From Eledone cirrhosa (Eukaryota), in the NCBI GenBank assembly GCA_964016885.1, contig OZ024750.1, forward strand, positions 50,716,001-50,780,000: a stretch of DNA of 64,000 nt, in the 5' to 3' direction. Position 1 is the stretch's first letter. Every line of letters begins with the position of its first letter. A program made the position numbers and the translations under genes. Positions 13,477-26,720 of the stretch are shown here, piece by piece. Under the pieces are notes generated by a model that ran no database searches, was not told the DNA's origin, and saw only the letters and a program-made list of their open reading frames with translations.

Positions 13477-13685
13477 GCTGTCTGTGATTTTGAAAACAAA
13501 ATATAAATTGTTTTTAAACTTAAATGTTTGCCCCTGGGGCAAAAATTGAATGGCCCACTCGCTGACAATTCAGACGGGGGATCAATCTACAAAATGGTCT
13601 ATTTTTTAACAAAAAATGTTTGTTTTTTATAAGCAAAGAGGACAAAAACTTACCAGCGAGACTGGCACAGGTTTTCCTATCTAAG

Positions 13686-13733
<48 letters not shown>

Positions 13734-13947
13734 TTCTTTATTTACCATAAAGGCATAAAAAGAAGGGACAAATACAAAGGGGGAGTTTACATATAATCGA
13801 GTAAAAAAGGTGTAACATGAAAATAATCGAAAATAACCTCAAAAGGGAGGGGACGTGATGGGGGTTGCACACACCCCCGAAAAAGTGTGCAATCCTTTGC
13901 CCGGGGAGCACATGGAGAAGGTGCTCCCCTCTCCTTTACTTCTTTAC

Positions 13948-16900
13948 CTACAGGATGGTATACAGAGAAGGCCCATTTACACGAGCCATTCTCGCCACTA
14001 TCACCCACCTTTCATAAAACTGCCTGTGGCCAAGCACCTCTCTCTCCATTCTTATCCTTCTTCCGAAGTGATATCGGAAGAAGTAGACCAGACTATGGCC
14101 AGAGAGGAAGTTGCCTGACCTCAGATCTTTCAATCGTGTCCACCAAACAACCTCTTTCAACATGGCTATTACGCACAGAAAAACCGCCTTTGCTTCCTTT
14201 GTGAAGAGGGGAGGCGGTTTGATTGTCATCACGGACTCGGCGGTCAATTTAATCGGCGCCACCCGCGACAGCAGTTGTTCGGCGTAGCCCCACAGATCAG
14301 CCACGCCCGGACATTGCACCAATGCGTGCGCTACGGTTTCTTCGTGACGCACGCATCTAGGGCAAATATTTTTTGAGGGATCCCTGCCCGGGCGCCCGTG
14401 TCTGTAGAGCCTCTCTCGAACGGGTAGAGCCCCTCGGTAGCACTGCCAGGCCAGTGACTTCTGGAAGTTGTCCATTGGTCCTGGGCCGAAAGTCCTACCG
14501 AACAGGCTGGCCAGTTCGTCTTCTTCCATGTCCAGCGACTCTCCAAGGGTGTCATCGCCCCTGCTAGCCACCAGCCCTCTATAGATTGATGAGGTGGATT
14601 CTCCACCGATGGCCTGGCCCGCTTGCCAGAGAGCCCTGAGCGCCTGAGCACACTCAGTGTGCCAGTCTCCCAGTTTTCCGGATTTTTGCTTGACCCAGGA
14701 CTGTAGCTCGGTGAGTGAGACGAGTCTCGGAAAGGCTCGTTTCACGAACGGAGCCCACACCGGTTGACCAGTGAGGAATACCTGTAGGTGCCGTAGCCTT
14801 AATGTGTGCCTACGCATCATCAACCACGGCATCCCCAGCCCTCCTTTCGAAGGTTGTTGGCAGCAGATGGATCTTCTCACCATAGGAGGACGCTTCTTCC
14901 AAAGAAATTGGAAGAGCATGCGTTCCATGGTGGTGAGTGTTTCCTTAGGGCAAGGCACGACAGTCAGGCGGTAGTAAGTGACGGACGCTATGTAAATGTT
15001 CGCCACCTCCGCCCGGCCTTTTAGGGACAGCTTACACTTGGCCCATTTCTGGGTTAGTGCAAACACCTTGTTCGTAACCTCGTTCCAGTTCTTTTCCACC
15101 TGGAGGTCCGGTCCAAACCAGACCCCAAGCAACTTTACCGGGCCCTCCGTCCAGTGTCCGACGACACCGTCAGGAGGCATCGGTTTGCCTCTCCACGTTC
15201 CGAGTTGCAGCCCGATGGATTTTTCCCGGTTCAGTTTCGCTCCTGACAACCTTTCGTACTCCTCCAGTAAGGTACCGATCGCCTCGATCTCCGAGTCGGT
15301 TGATACCATTACTGTTACGTCATCGGCGTAGGCCGACACCGCTTTGCTCAATCCTGGTTCCAGGGGGAAACTCTGCAACAACTCCAACTTCCTCAGTAAA
15401 GGCTCGAGAGTCAATACGTACAGAAGGGAGGAGAGAGGGCACCCCTGTCGAATGGATCGTGTGATTTCGAACGGCTTCGAAAGGTAGCCGTTCACCTTGA
15501 TCCTAGAACAGATGTGGTTGCTATGTAGGGCAGTGATCCAGCCTCTGAAAACAGGACCGAACCCAGCCGCCGCTAGCACCGCATCCAGCTAACCATGGTC
15601 GACCCTATCGAAGGCCTTAGACTGATCCAAGTTGATCAGGGCCCCACCGAAGCCGGGTTTATTGCCAACCCTCTCTATGATGTATCGCATGAGGTGGAGG
15701 TTATCGTGAATGGACCTGGATGGAATAGCACATGTCTGCGCATCTCCCACCAGGCCACCCACGACAAGCGCCAACCTCTTTGCTAACACCTTGGCCAAAA
15801 TCTTTAACTCTGTGTTTAGCAGGGTTATGGGCCGAAAATTATTTATACTATCCCCCTTGTTCTCGTCCTTCCTCACCAGCGTGACTACGCCCTTGGCTAC
15901 AGAACAAGGAATTCTCCCGTTCTGCTGCCAATTGCAGTAGACCGCTTCGAGGAGTTCGGAGAAGAAGACCGGCATTGCTAAATAAAGTTCGTAAGGTATA
16001 CCATCGAGACCTGGAGATTTTCGTCTGCTGCATTGGCTCAGCGCATCTCCGATCTCATCAGCCGAGATTGGTCCCTCGCAGGACTCTGCCTCTTTGTTCG
16101 AGAGACGCGGCAGGCCGTCGAGGTATGGACCGAAATCCACGCCCCGGCCCGGACCCTCGCCTCCCCCGAACAATCGGGCAAAGTGCTTTTGAAAGGCCTC
16201 GCACATCTGCTTAGGCTCCCGGATCACTCGTCCATCTTCGTCTTGCAACGACCGGATGGTGGATCGATTTCCACTCTTAGCTTCTGTCACGCGGGCCCAT
16301 CCAACGGCTTTGGCCCCCTCATTACCTAGAGCACGTATTTTACTTCGAATGACGCAGCCTTCATGCTTTGCATCGAAAAACTGGTTCAAGGCCGTCCTCG
16401 ATGCCAGCACTCTGGCCACATCTTCGCTCTTGATTGCCTCTTCTAATTTACCTGTTAATTCTTTCTCGTTTCTATTCCTATCGGCAGCTAACATCTTGCT
16501 ATAACTTATTGATTCTGTTCTAATCTCTCTTTTGAGAGATGCCCACCATCGGTTGTTGACGATTGCACCCGTCAACCTCTCCTTAACTAATCTGCTAATC
16601 CGGTTTCTGTAAGTCTCTTTTGCCGGTAAAGACAAATTAAGTTTCCAGTAACCTGGACCCTGTCTATGTGTTTTCTCGAGATTCACCACGCAGGTCACTA
16701 ATTTGTGATCCGTGTAGCCAACCGTGCGCATTTCTGGACAGCTTAATATGTCCCTTTCCTTACTTCTAACTAAGAATCTATCTAAGTACGATCTAGATTG
16801 ACCACTGTGGTTTCTCCAAGTCCAGGTAGGCACAGTTGGAAAATCTAGTCGATATCTATCGACCAAGTTAAAACGGTCGAGTAACCCCTTGAGGCTGTTA

Positions 16901-17385
16901 CACCCCCCTCTATTAGGACATGCTCCTGCATAGTCCCAACGTGCATCCAGGATGTCATTCCAATCCCCCGCTAGAAGCAGGGAACGCGACGTTCCCAGAA
17001 AAGTCTCCAAACGCTGGAAGAAGTCGGGCCGTTCAGCTCCGAAAGGGGAGTAGACGGCGACCAGTCTCAAGGCCGCACTTTCACTACTGCCAACGCCTAG
17101 CACCAACAAACGACCCTCCGGGTCCGAGTGCACAACCTGTACGGCAAGACCCAGGTGTTTTTGCAGCAGTACAACAACCCCACCCCCACCTCCAGGTTGA
17201 CAGAGAGATGCATGCACCTCAAAGTCATCGAAGGTGGGGGCCAGCTGCCGCATGACGCTGATTCGAGTCTCACAGATAACCATTACATTTATACTACATG
17301 ACCTGAGGTCATTTAGAAGCTTTGCTTGCTTCCAAGTTGAGCCCAGGCCACGTGCATTCAAACATCCTACTCTTAACACATCCAT
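13948..17385 (-). pseudogene. E3 ORF2 (EN-RT-zinc finger) with a single in-frame nonsense codon
   Basis: ORFs 15589-17385 and 13948-15579 are in the same frame. TAC (Tyr in HGYLDA) is TAG at 15589-15591. Motifs NARGL, GDWN, TDH, QGCPLS, YADD and CPRC..H...C are present. Confidence 0.93.
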
Positions 17386-17418
17386 GTGGGCGGCAGAGCC
17401 AAAGGAGAGTGTAGAGAC

Positions 17419-19218
17419 CTACCTTTCCGCTTCCCGGGGTTCGGGTTGCACGACTTCCATGGGGTCGGGGGTGTTGGGTGAAGGGGTGTCTTGTGGTGGT
17501 GTGGGGTCGTCAGTGTGTGGTGGGGTTTGGGTGTTTGGAGTTGTGTTGGGGAGGGGAAGGGGAGGGGAAGGGGAGGGGGAAAGCTTTTTAGTAGGACGCG
17601 GTTTATGGGTTTGACAGAGGGTGGTCCTACGTCCTCCTTAAAATCCTTTTTTAGTTTTTGGTAGAGGTTCATTGGGATTTTTATTAGTTTTAAATGTGGG
17701 TGGTTTTCTGACGAAACAAAGTTTACACCTTCGGTTTGTACCGAAGGATTATTGTATATGAGTTCATTTAATTTATTATTGTTTCTGTTGATGTAAGTAT
17801 AGTGTAATGTCTTTTTTTCCGATGGTGTGAGTGTTTCGAAGAGGGGAGGGGCAGGTTTGGTTTTGTTTGTTGCTGGAGGGGTGTTTTCTGTTTTGTTGGA
17901 TTGTGTTGCGATTTGGGTGGGGGTTGTTTGTCCTTGTGTGTTTTGCACATGTTTTCTTTTTTTCCTTTTAATCTGTCTGTAGGACTCCGTTTCTTCCTCC
18001 GAATTCGTTGGGTTATCTTCAGTGTTGGAGGGAAGAGGTATGTTTGCTGGTAATGTTTCCGTGTTGGTTTTCTTTGTGGGGGAGATGGATGTCACTATGT
18101 TAGACTGTGTTGTGTGTTGTGTCTGCGGTGGTTGTGTTGTTTTATTGAGTGAGAGGTTGGGTGGGCCTGTATTTTGTTTTGGGGTAATGTGTTGTGACTA
18201 TTTGTGTTGTGGTGGTGTTGTGGTTTTACTGAGGGACGGGTTGGGTGGGACTGAGTTTTGTTGTTTGTTTATCTGTTGTGGTGGTGGTGGTGGAGCTGGT
18301 GTTGGTAGCAGGGTTTTCTTTTTGTTGAGTTGGGGACAAGCGGCCTTCAGGTGCCCTCTGCCTGCACAGATATGGCAGGACGGCCTTCTTCCTCTCCACG
18401 CTAATGTTTATATACCCGTGGTCCTCTAATAGGATTCTGTCGGGTATTTGGGCGATGCGTTCAGGCTTCATTTGTACTACCAGCTCTATACCTGTTCCAC
18501 TGAACGCATTGCCTGTGGTTTTCCCAATGGAAATCACGTTGTCATTCACTGGATCGATGAAGCCAGCTATGAGCCAGCAGTAGTCCACATCTGGCATCAT
18601 TGCATCCAGCCATATGCGTTGAGTTTTTTTCCCCATATAAGATGGATAAAAGGTGAAATTTTTCGAACGAATCGGTGACAAAGCACATTTTTTTGCCGCC
18701 GATTCGTTCTTCGTGATAATTGCTAGGCTTCCATACAGTCTGTCTTTTCTTATGAAAGTTGTTTCATTCAGTACTTCTGTGAGTACTGTTTTGATATCTG
18801 CTTGAGAAGGCTGTTCAGGTTTTTTTGTACTGTTGTTGATGGTCCGAAACTTGACCGTTCGGCTTTCAATGTCTTTCGTGAATTCTTGAGGCATTTTTAC
18901 CAATAAAATACCATTCTCACCTTCACTTATGTATTGTTTGGCGTCCGTGATCCTTCGTACCACATCTGAAATGTTTTCCGCTATATAAGTCAAAGATTTC
19001 TTTGTTTTCTGTGCAAATGAAATCTTGTCGTCTGCTTTGTTTTCTGATATGGTGTTATTTTCAACTGTTATTTTTTTGTTTGTTGTGTCTTTGTTTGTGT
19101 TATTAGTATTGTCATGCAATTTTTCAAATTTTTTTTTTTCGTTGTTGGAATCCAAGTCCAGATTTATGTTTTCGTCATTTAATTTTTTCTCCGCAGATTC
19201 GTCCGTTTTTATTTTCAT
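17419..19218 (-). pseudogene. E3 ORF1, frameshifted
   Basis: Removing one base near 18393 restores GRRPSCHICAGRGHLKAAC (CCHC). The true end MEVVQPEPREAER* has its stop at 17419-17421. Confidence 0.85.
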
Positions 19219-19559
19219 TTTTCCTTCCTTCTCTATGACGTTAGTTGGGAAGGAAGGACTAAAGCGTGCGAGCTTACAACTCTTACCGCTGTCTCCCCAC
19301 CACTATTTTCGTTCGCTGCGTTTAACATTTCTGTTAGACGATTGAAATTTTTTTACACAAAATTTTTTAAAACAGGTTTTTCACCTCTAGGAGGGGTAAA
19401 GATGAGCTGACCCACCGCCTGACAGTTCAGACGGAGGGTCAAGCTACACAATTGTATCAAAATTAAGTTTGAACTCACAAAATTTCCTCAATAAATTTGA
19501 ACAAAACTTCTGTGCGAAGTGAATGACATCCACACTGTAGAACAGACGACAGCTAGATT

Positions 19560-19591
<32 letters not shown>

Positions 19592-19592
19592 T

Positions 19593-20509
19593 ATTTCTTT
19601 ATTAGCCACAGGGGCACAAAAGAAGGGGACAAATACAAAGGGGGAAGTTTACATACAATAAAAACGTGTAAAATGTTATCACAGATGGAATTTAAAAGTT
19701 AGTCGATTTTCCCCAATAGAGGGAGACAGTTTATATGGGTAACACATACCCCCGAAAAAAATGTGCAACCCTCATCTCCAGGAGTACGAAGAGCTTGTAC
19801 TCCTTTCCTCTCCTCCTCCTTTTCCTCAATCTACAGGCTGATATAGAGAGAAGGCCCATTCACTCGGGCCATTCTCGCCACTTTCACCCACCTTTCATAA
19901 AACTTGCTGGGGTACAGCACCTCTCTCTCCATCCTGATTCTTCTTCCAAAGTGGTATTTGAAAAAAAGAATCAGTTGTTGGCCGGAGAGAAAGGTGTCTG
20001 ACCTCAGCCCTTTCAACCTTGTCCACCATACAACCTCTTTCGCCATAGCTATCACACAAAGGAAAACCGCCTCTCCTTCGTTTTTGAAGGAGGGTGGCGG
20101 TTTGATCATGACAATGGACTCGGTGGTCAACTGGATTGGTCCCACCCGCGACAATAGTCGTTCTACATATCCCCACAGGTCAGTGACGCCCGGGCAGTGT
20201 ATGAATGCGTGCGCGACGGTTTCTTCGTCTCGCACGCACCTCGGACAGATCTTTTTTGCAGGGTCCCTGCCCGGGCGCCCATGTCTGTAGAGCTTGTCTC
20301 GAACTGGTAGAGCTCCTCGGTAGCACTGCCAGGCCAGGGACTTTTGGAAGTTGTCCATCGGTCCCGGGCGGAAGGTCCTACCGAACAGACTGGCCAGTTC
20401 ATCTTCCTCCACGCCCAGAGTTTCACCGAGCGCGTCGTCGCACTTGCTGCGGACCAACCCTCTATAGAATGACGAAGTGGAGTCTCCACTGATCGCCGGG
20501 TCCGCCTGG
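19593..20509 (-). mobile_element. L1/Tx1 copy E4, 5'-truncated
   Basis: Open ORF2 C-terminus 19831-20457; GATA on both sides. Confidence 0.92.
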
Positions 20510-20551
20510 GGTAGTATATAGATAGATAGGTAGATATAGATATATATATAT

Positions 20552-20608
<57 letters not shown>

Positions 20609-20609
<1 letters not shown>

Positions 20610-20951
20610 TTCTTTATTTACCATAAAGGCATAAAAAGAAGGGACAAATACAAAGGGGGAGTTTACATACAATCGAGTAAAAAGGGTATAAAATGAAAAT
20701 AATCGAAAACAACCTCAAAAGGGAGGGGACGTGATGGGGGTTGCACCCCCCCCCCCCCCCCGAAAAAGTGTGCAATCCTTTGCCCGGGGAGCACATGGAG
20801 GAGGTGCTCCCCACTCCTTCACTTCTTTACCTACAGGATGGTATACAGAGAAGGCCCATTTACACGAGCCATTCTCACCACTATCACCCACCTTTCATAA
20901 AACTGCCTGTGGCCTAGCACCTCTCTCTCCATTCTTATCCTTCTTCTGAAG
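20609..20951 (-). mobile_element. L1/Tx1 copy E5, short 3' fragment of the E3 subfamily
   Basis: 3' UTR and ORF2 tail nearly match 13733-14068; preceded by a GATA run. Confidence 0.9.
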
Positions 20952-21118
20952 AGATGTGGGGTGGGGGGCATCAGCAGCAGGGGCAACAATGAGAAGGAGT
21001 AAATACAAGGACAACAATAACAGCGTTAATACAATTAGAATGTAATCTCAACTAGAAATATATATGGTAATAGATTAATATATGTATATAGCACCATACC
21101 ATAATAGTTTAGTGAGTG

Positions 21119-21187
<69 letters not shown>

Positions 21188-24044
21188 TGTTTCTTTTATT
21201 TGCCACCAGGGCATCAAAAGTGGGACAAGTACAATGGAGGGAGTTTACAAAACAAGGCGTCCTCAATAAGGAGGAGGCAATAACAAAATATAAAACTAAA
21301 ATAAAATATAACATAATAAAATTTATAACAAAATCCTCAATAGAGAGGAGGCGCCTTGGGGGATCGCACACACCCCCGAAAAAAAGTGTGCAACCCTTTT
21401 CCTCAGGAGTACAGGGAAAGGGTGCTCCCTTGGTCTTTCATATTCCTCACCTATAGTCTGATGTAGAGTGAAGGACAATTCACACGGGCCATTCTCGCCA
21501 CTTTCACCCATCTTTCACAAAAACGGCTGGGGTGCAGCACCTCTCTCTCCATCCTGATCCTTCTTCCGAAATGATATCGGAAGAAACGGACCAGTTGTTG
21601 GCCAGAGAGAAAGGTGTCTGACCTCAGTCCTTTCAGACGCGTCCACCATACAACCTCTTTCGCCATGGCTATTACGCACAGAAACTCCGCCTCTCCTTCG
21701 TTTTTGAAGAAGGGAGGCGGCTTGATCGTTACAATAGATGCGGTGGTCAACCGGATCGGTCCCACCCTTGACAGCAGTTGTTCGACATAGCCCCACAGAT
21801 CGGCAATGCCCGAGCAGTGTACCAATGCGTGTGCAACGGTTTCCTCGTCGCACACGCATCTGGGACAGATCTTTTTCGAGGGGTCCCTACCCGGGCGCCC
21901 GTGTCTGTAGAGCCTTTCTCGAACGGGCAGAGCCCTTCTGTAGCATTGCCAGGCCAGGGACCTCTGGAAATTATCCATGGGTCCCGGGATGAATGTCCTA
22001 CCGAAGAGGTTGGCCAGTTCGTCTTCCTCCATGCCTAGGGCATCTCCGAGGGCGTCGTCGCACCTGCTAACCACCAGCCCTCTATAGAAAGACGAGGTGT
22101 ATTCTCCACTGACAGCCGGGTCAGCATGCCAGAGAGCCGTGAGCGCCTGGGCACACTCGGTGTGCCAGGCGCCCAGTTTTCTCGGTCTTTGCTTGACCCA
22201 GGATTGCAGCTCGGTGAGTGAGACGAGTCTGGGAAAAGGCTCGCCTCACAAACGGGGCCCACATCGGTTGACCGGAGAGGAATACATGAAGGTGCCGTAG
22301 CCTTAATGCGTGTTTACGTATCATTAACCACGGCATCCACAGCCCTCCTTTCGAAGGGTATTGACAGCAGATGGATCTCCTCACCATAGGAGCCCGCTTC
22401 TTCCAAAGGAATTGGAAGAGTGCGCGCTCCATTTTGGCGAGCGTTTCCCTTGGGCAAGGCACAACGGTCAGGCGGTAGTAGATGACGGACGCTATATAAG
22501 TGTTCTCCACCTCCGCCCGACCTTTCAGGGACAGTTTGCACTCGGCCCACTTCTGCGTCAGTGCAAACACCCTGTTCGTTACCTCACCCCAGTTCTTCAC
22601 CACCTGGAGGTCTGGTCCGATCAGACCCCGAGCAACTTCACCGGGCCCTCCGTCCAGCGCCCGACAACGCCATCGGAGGGCATCGATCTGCCCCTCGACG
22701 TGCCGAGTTGCAGACCGATCGACTTGTCCCGGTTCAACTTAGCCCCTGTAAACCTTTCGTACTCCTCCAGTAAGGTGCCGATCGCCCCGATTTCCGAGGC
22801 CGTCGACACCATTACTGTTACGTCATCGGCGTAGGCTGACACCACTTTCCGCAATCCCGGTTCCAACGGGATGCCCTGCAACGACTCCAACTTCCGCAGC
22901 AGTGGCTCTAGAGTCATTACATACAGAAGGGAGGAGAGAGGGCACCCCTGTCGGATGGACCGCGCGATTTCGAACGGCTCCGAGAGGTAGCCGTTCACCT
23001 TGACCCTAGAGCAGATGCGGTTGCTGTGCATGGCATTGATCCAGCCCCTGAAAACGGGTTCGAAGCCTGCCGCCGCTAGCACCGCATCCAGGTAACCATG
23101 GTCGACCCTATCGAATGCCTTAGATTGATCCAAGTTGATCAGGGCCCCACCAAAGCCGGGTTCGTTCCCAACCCTCTCTATGATGTATCGCATGAGGTGG
23201 AGGTTGTCGTGGATGGACCTGGACGGGAGTCTATCCTTCTGAATGAAGGTGATGTCCTTCATGACGTCTTTTAAAACCAGCTCTATCTCGCTCTGTGATG
23301 GTTGAGCTGGTTTTTTGCTTTTATTTGAGATTGTCCTAAACATGACTGTGTTTAGGAGTCTCTGGCATTTTAGTTCCGGGGGGGGGGGGATCGTGACTGA
23401 ACCATTTTCCCCTTACACTATATATTTTTTGGCATCTGCCAGTAGCTCCTTCGCTTTGGTTATATCTACTGGCAGATAGTCGAGGGTTTTCCTTGCCGTC
23501 TCGGCGAATGAGAATTTTTTTTTGTTTGTGTTGCTGTTGTAGTTGGTGGTGTTGTTGTTATCACAGTTATTGGTCTTGTTGTTGTTGTTATTGTTATTGG
23601 TGTTGTTTTTGTCCGTCGCATTGTTGTTGTTGTTGCTGCTGGTGCCGCTGGTTCTTTGGTTTGTTGCCATGGCAACGTCAAGTTGTCGGTCAACAGGTGG
23701 AAAAATCCTTCCTCTGGCTGACCTTTCTTTTTGACCTCTGCTACTGTGACAGTGGCAGGGGGAAGCTGTAAGCTTATCTTCCCCTTTCCTCCTTCGAATT
23801 TTGGTGAAGATGCTTCAGCCATTTTTATCAAAATAGATTTTTCGAAATTTTTCGAAAGATAAAATTTTTACAACACTATTTCGCCTAAAGGCGTAGAATA
23901 TTTTGAGAGACTGACCAGATCAAAATTTGACCTGGCAGTCTCTCTACAAAATGGTACAGAAATGAAATGAAAGTTTACAGTTCACAATTTCCAGATAAAT
24001 TTAAACGAAACTTACCGAGCGAGCTCAGCACATGTGTCTATCCC
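21188..24044 (-). mobile_element. L1/Tx1 copy E6, both ends intact with an internal deletion of about 2.9 kb (E9 subfamily)
   Basis: ORF1 ...ITFIQKDRL is joined in frame to ORF2 PSRSIHDN... at about 23228. GATA runs at 21118-21187 and 24045-24074. Confidence 0.92.
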
Positions 24045-24074
24045 AGATAGATAGATAGATAGATAGATAGATAT

Positions 24075-24897
24075 ATTTCTTTATTAGCCACAGGGGCACA
24101 AAAGAAGGGGACAAATACAAAGGGGGAAGTTTACATACAATAAAAACGTGTAAAATGTTATCACAGATGGAATTTAAAAGTTAGTCGATTTTCCCCAATA
24201 GAGGGAGACAGTTTATATGGGTAACACATACCCCCGAAAAAAATGTGCAACCCTCATCTCCAGGAGTACGAAGAGCTTGTACTCCTTTCCTCTCCTCCTC
24301 CTTTTCCTCAATCTACAGGCTGATATAGAGAGAAGGCCCATTCACTCGGGCCATTCTCGCCACTTTCACCCACCTTTCATAAAACTTGCTGGGGTACAGC
24401 ACCTCTCTCTCCATCCTGATTCTTCTTCCAAAGTGGTATTTGAAAAAAAGAATCAGTTGTTGGCCGGAGAGAAAGGTGTCTGACCTCAGCCCTTTCAACC
24501 TTGTCCACCATACAACCTCTTTCGCCATAGCTATCACACAAAGGAAAACCGCCTCTCCTTCGTTTTTGAAGGAGGGTGGCGGTTTGATCATGACAATGGA
24601 CTCGGTGGTCAACTGGATTGGTCCCACCCGCGACAATAGTCGTTCTACATATCCCCACAGGTCAGTGACGCCCGGGCAGTGTATGAATGCGTGCGCGACG
24701 GTTTCTTCGTCTCGCACGCACCTCGGACAGATCTTTTTTGCAGGGTCCCTGCCCGGGCGCCCATGTCTGTAGAGCTTGTCTCGAACTGGTAGAGCTCCTC
24801 GGTAGCACTGCCAGGCCAGGGACTTTTGGAAGTTGTCCATCGGTCCCGGGCGGAAGGTCCTACCGAACAGACTGGCCAGTTCATCTTCCTCCACGCC
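24075..24897 (-). mobile_element. L1/Tx1 copy E7, 5'-truncated, apparently identical to E4 over its length
   Basis: Identical ORF translations at a 4482-bp offset; followed by GATA at 24898-24982. Confidence 0.92.
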
Positions 24898-24982
<85 letters not shown>

Positions 24983-25017
24983 GTGGGGATGCGTATTCTA
25001 AAACTACTGTCTGTCGT

Positions 25018-25066
<49 letters not shown>

Positions 25067-25559
25067 GTGGGGATGCGTATTCTAAAACTACTGTCTGTCG
25101 TTGGCAGGTGACCTTAACATTAGACTTTCAATTTGTCAGTTTTATATTTGCATCGACAAAACTTTACTAACAAGGCGTTTGTCAATACGAGGCTATATCA
25201 ACCGAATGTAGTGTGACTGCGGGACAGTGGAGTTGGATGAGGACTCCGCAAATCCAAAGCCATACCAGGGATTATGTTTATATGTAAGTATTGTACATAG
25301 TGTCATATACGTTTTTACATCTGTTATGTCTTCCGCCATTTCATTTCTTATATAATCACACTATTTAATTCTCTGTAATGTCTTATTTTGCAAGACTAAT
25401 CTGTGTAACTATAGTTCGTTATGTACTGACACTTTTCTATATTAAAGCGATTCTTATTGGGAATATATACGTTTTAATATTTGTATGAATCTGCAATAAC
25501 TGTTCAAGTGATTTGCAGAGTCTTTAGAATTTCTGATAGAATACTTTGAGGTATTCGTT

Positions 25560-25645
25560 ACGGATCTCTACTCTGTGAGTTCAAATCCCGCCGAGATCAA
25601 CTTTGCTTTTCATCATTTTGAGGTCGATAAAGAAAACCTACCAAT
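25560..25645 (+). mobile_element. SINE fragment
   Basis: GAGTTCAAATCCCGCCGAG..AACTTTGCTTTTCATC..GGTCGATAAA. Confidence 0.7.
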
Positions 25646-26569
25646 CTAGTTCTCTCTCTCTCTCTATCTCTCTCTCTCTCTCTCTCTACTTCTGAGGAAG
25701 AAATCTGCTGTATTCAGACTTGGCGAGGGATGGGCTCCACCGGTCTTTAGAATGCCCAAGAAATGTTGTATGCCGCTGCAGTGCCCCTACGACACCGTTA
25801 GGAGTTAATGCAACCATACCATGAAGATGATAGTAATATTTATAGAACATGAACTTGTCTTTGCAGAATTGTAAAATATACTTGATAAAATCTGTATGTT
25901 CATAGGAAAGTTTATGGGAAAGTTCAAATAAATTGATTACCGAATTTTAGCCGATGTATATCTTCACCATTTTTTCCGGATACCTGATTTTACCTATAGT
26001 CTGTAAGAATTGCAATAATTGTTTATGGATATGGAATTCAAACATATTAGTTTGTCTCACAGATCAATGAAATACGGGCTCATTAAATTCGTTCAGATGT
26101 CACTATATCAATCTAGTTGTCATTTCTTTCCACTCCCGTGATTGATAAATGTTCCACTAACGATATCCCAAGGAAATTATAAAATCTCAATATTTAAATC
26201 ATTAACTCTATACGAAACGTTTAGAGAAAGCAATTTAGCGGAATTGTTGGATATTCTTTTATTCTTTTATAGTTTTATGTGTTGGTTTCAGTCATTGGTC
26301 CACCATCTTGATGTTGCCATGGTTTGCTCGACCACATCAACCCCAATATTTAGTTTTTAGACTTCATTTTTGTCGAACCATTAACAAGAGTAAATGCTGA
26401 CACAGACTCCTATATATATATATATAAACAGACAAACACAAACACACACACACACTCTCACACACTTACACCACACTCAGACACACACACTATCTCACAC
26501 ACTTACACCACATACAGACACACACACACACACACACAGATACACACACATACATACAAAAGGTAACTA

Positions 26570-26720
26570 GCCGAAACCGCTGAATTCGTGGTTGATCCTC
26601 TAATTTTACTAGTATACCCACTCTGCATCGTACCGTATATTGAGTACTTCTTTGCTTTGTGGTTTTCCCGGTGCCAGTACCGTAGCCTATCAACATATGA
26701 ATAAATAAATAAAGATACAT
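26570..26720 (+). mobile_element. Penelope-pLTR-like fragment with the 3' half of a hammerhead
   Basis: GAAA-CCGC-tgaattc-GTGG-TT followed by the TATTGAGTAC motif shared with other pLTR-like ends. Confidence 0.45.

Larger units (their letters stand above)
8283..13686 (-). mobile_element. L1/Tx1 copy E2, near full-length, decayed
   Basis: ORF1 with CCHC knuckle CFRCSSTTHLKASC and fragmented APE endonuclease and RT frames. GATA runs at both ends. Confidence 0.9.
13733..19554 (-). mobile_element. L1/Tx1 copy E3, full-length, nearly intact
   Basis: 5' UTR, ORF1, ORF2 and 3' UTR with AATAAA. GATA runs at 13687-13733 and 19555-19592. Confidence 0.95.

Noticed and set aside
15589-15591. In-frame TAG in E3 ORF2 as programmed readthrough
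   Set aside because: E6 and E9 have TAC at this position, so it is a point mutation or sequencing error.
13687-24982. Repeat-spacer pattern as a CRISPR array
   Set aside because: The repeats are microsatellites and the spacers are kilobase retrotransposons. There are no cas genes and the context is eukaryotic.
25108-25288. Possible host exon ending in GTAAGT
   Set aside because: All three frames from the nearby AG sites contain stops, and there is no protein similarity.
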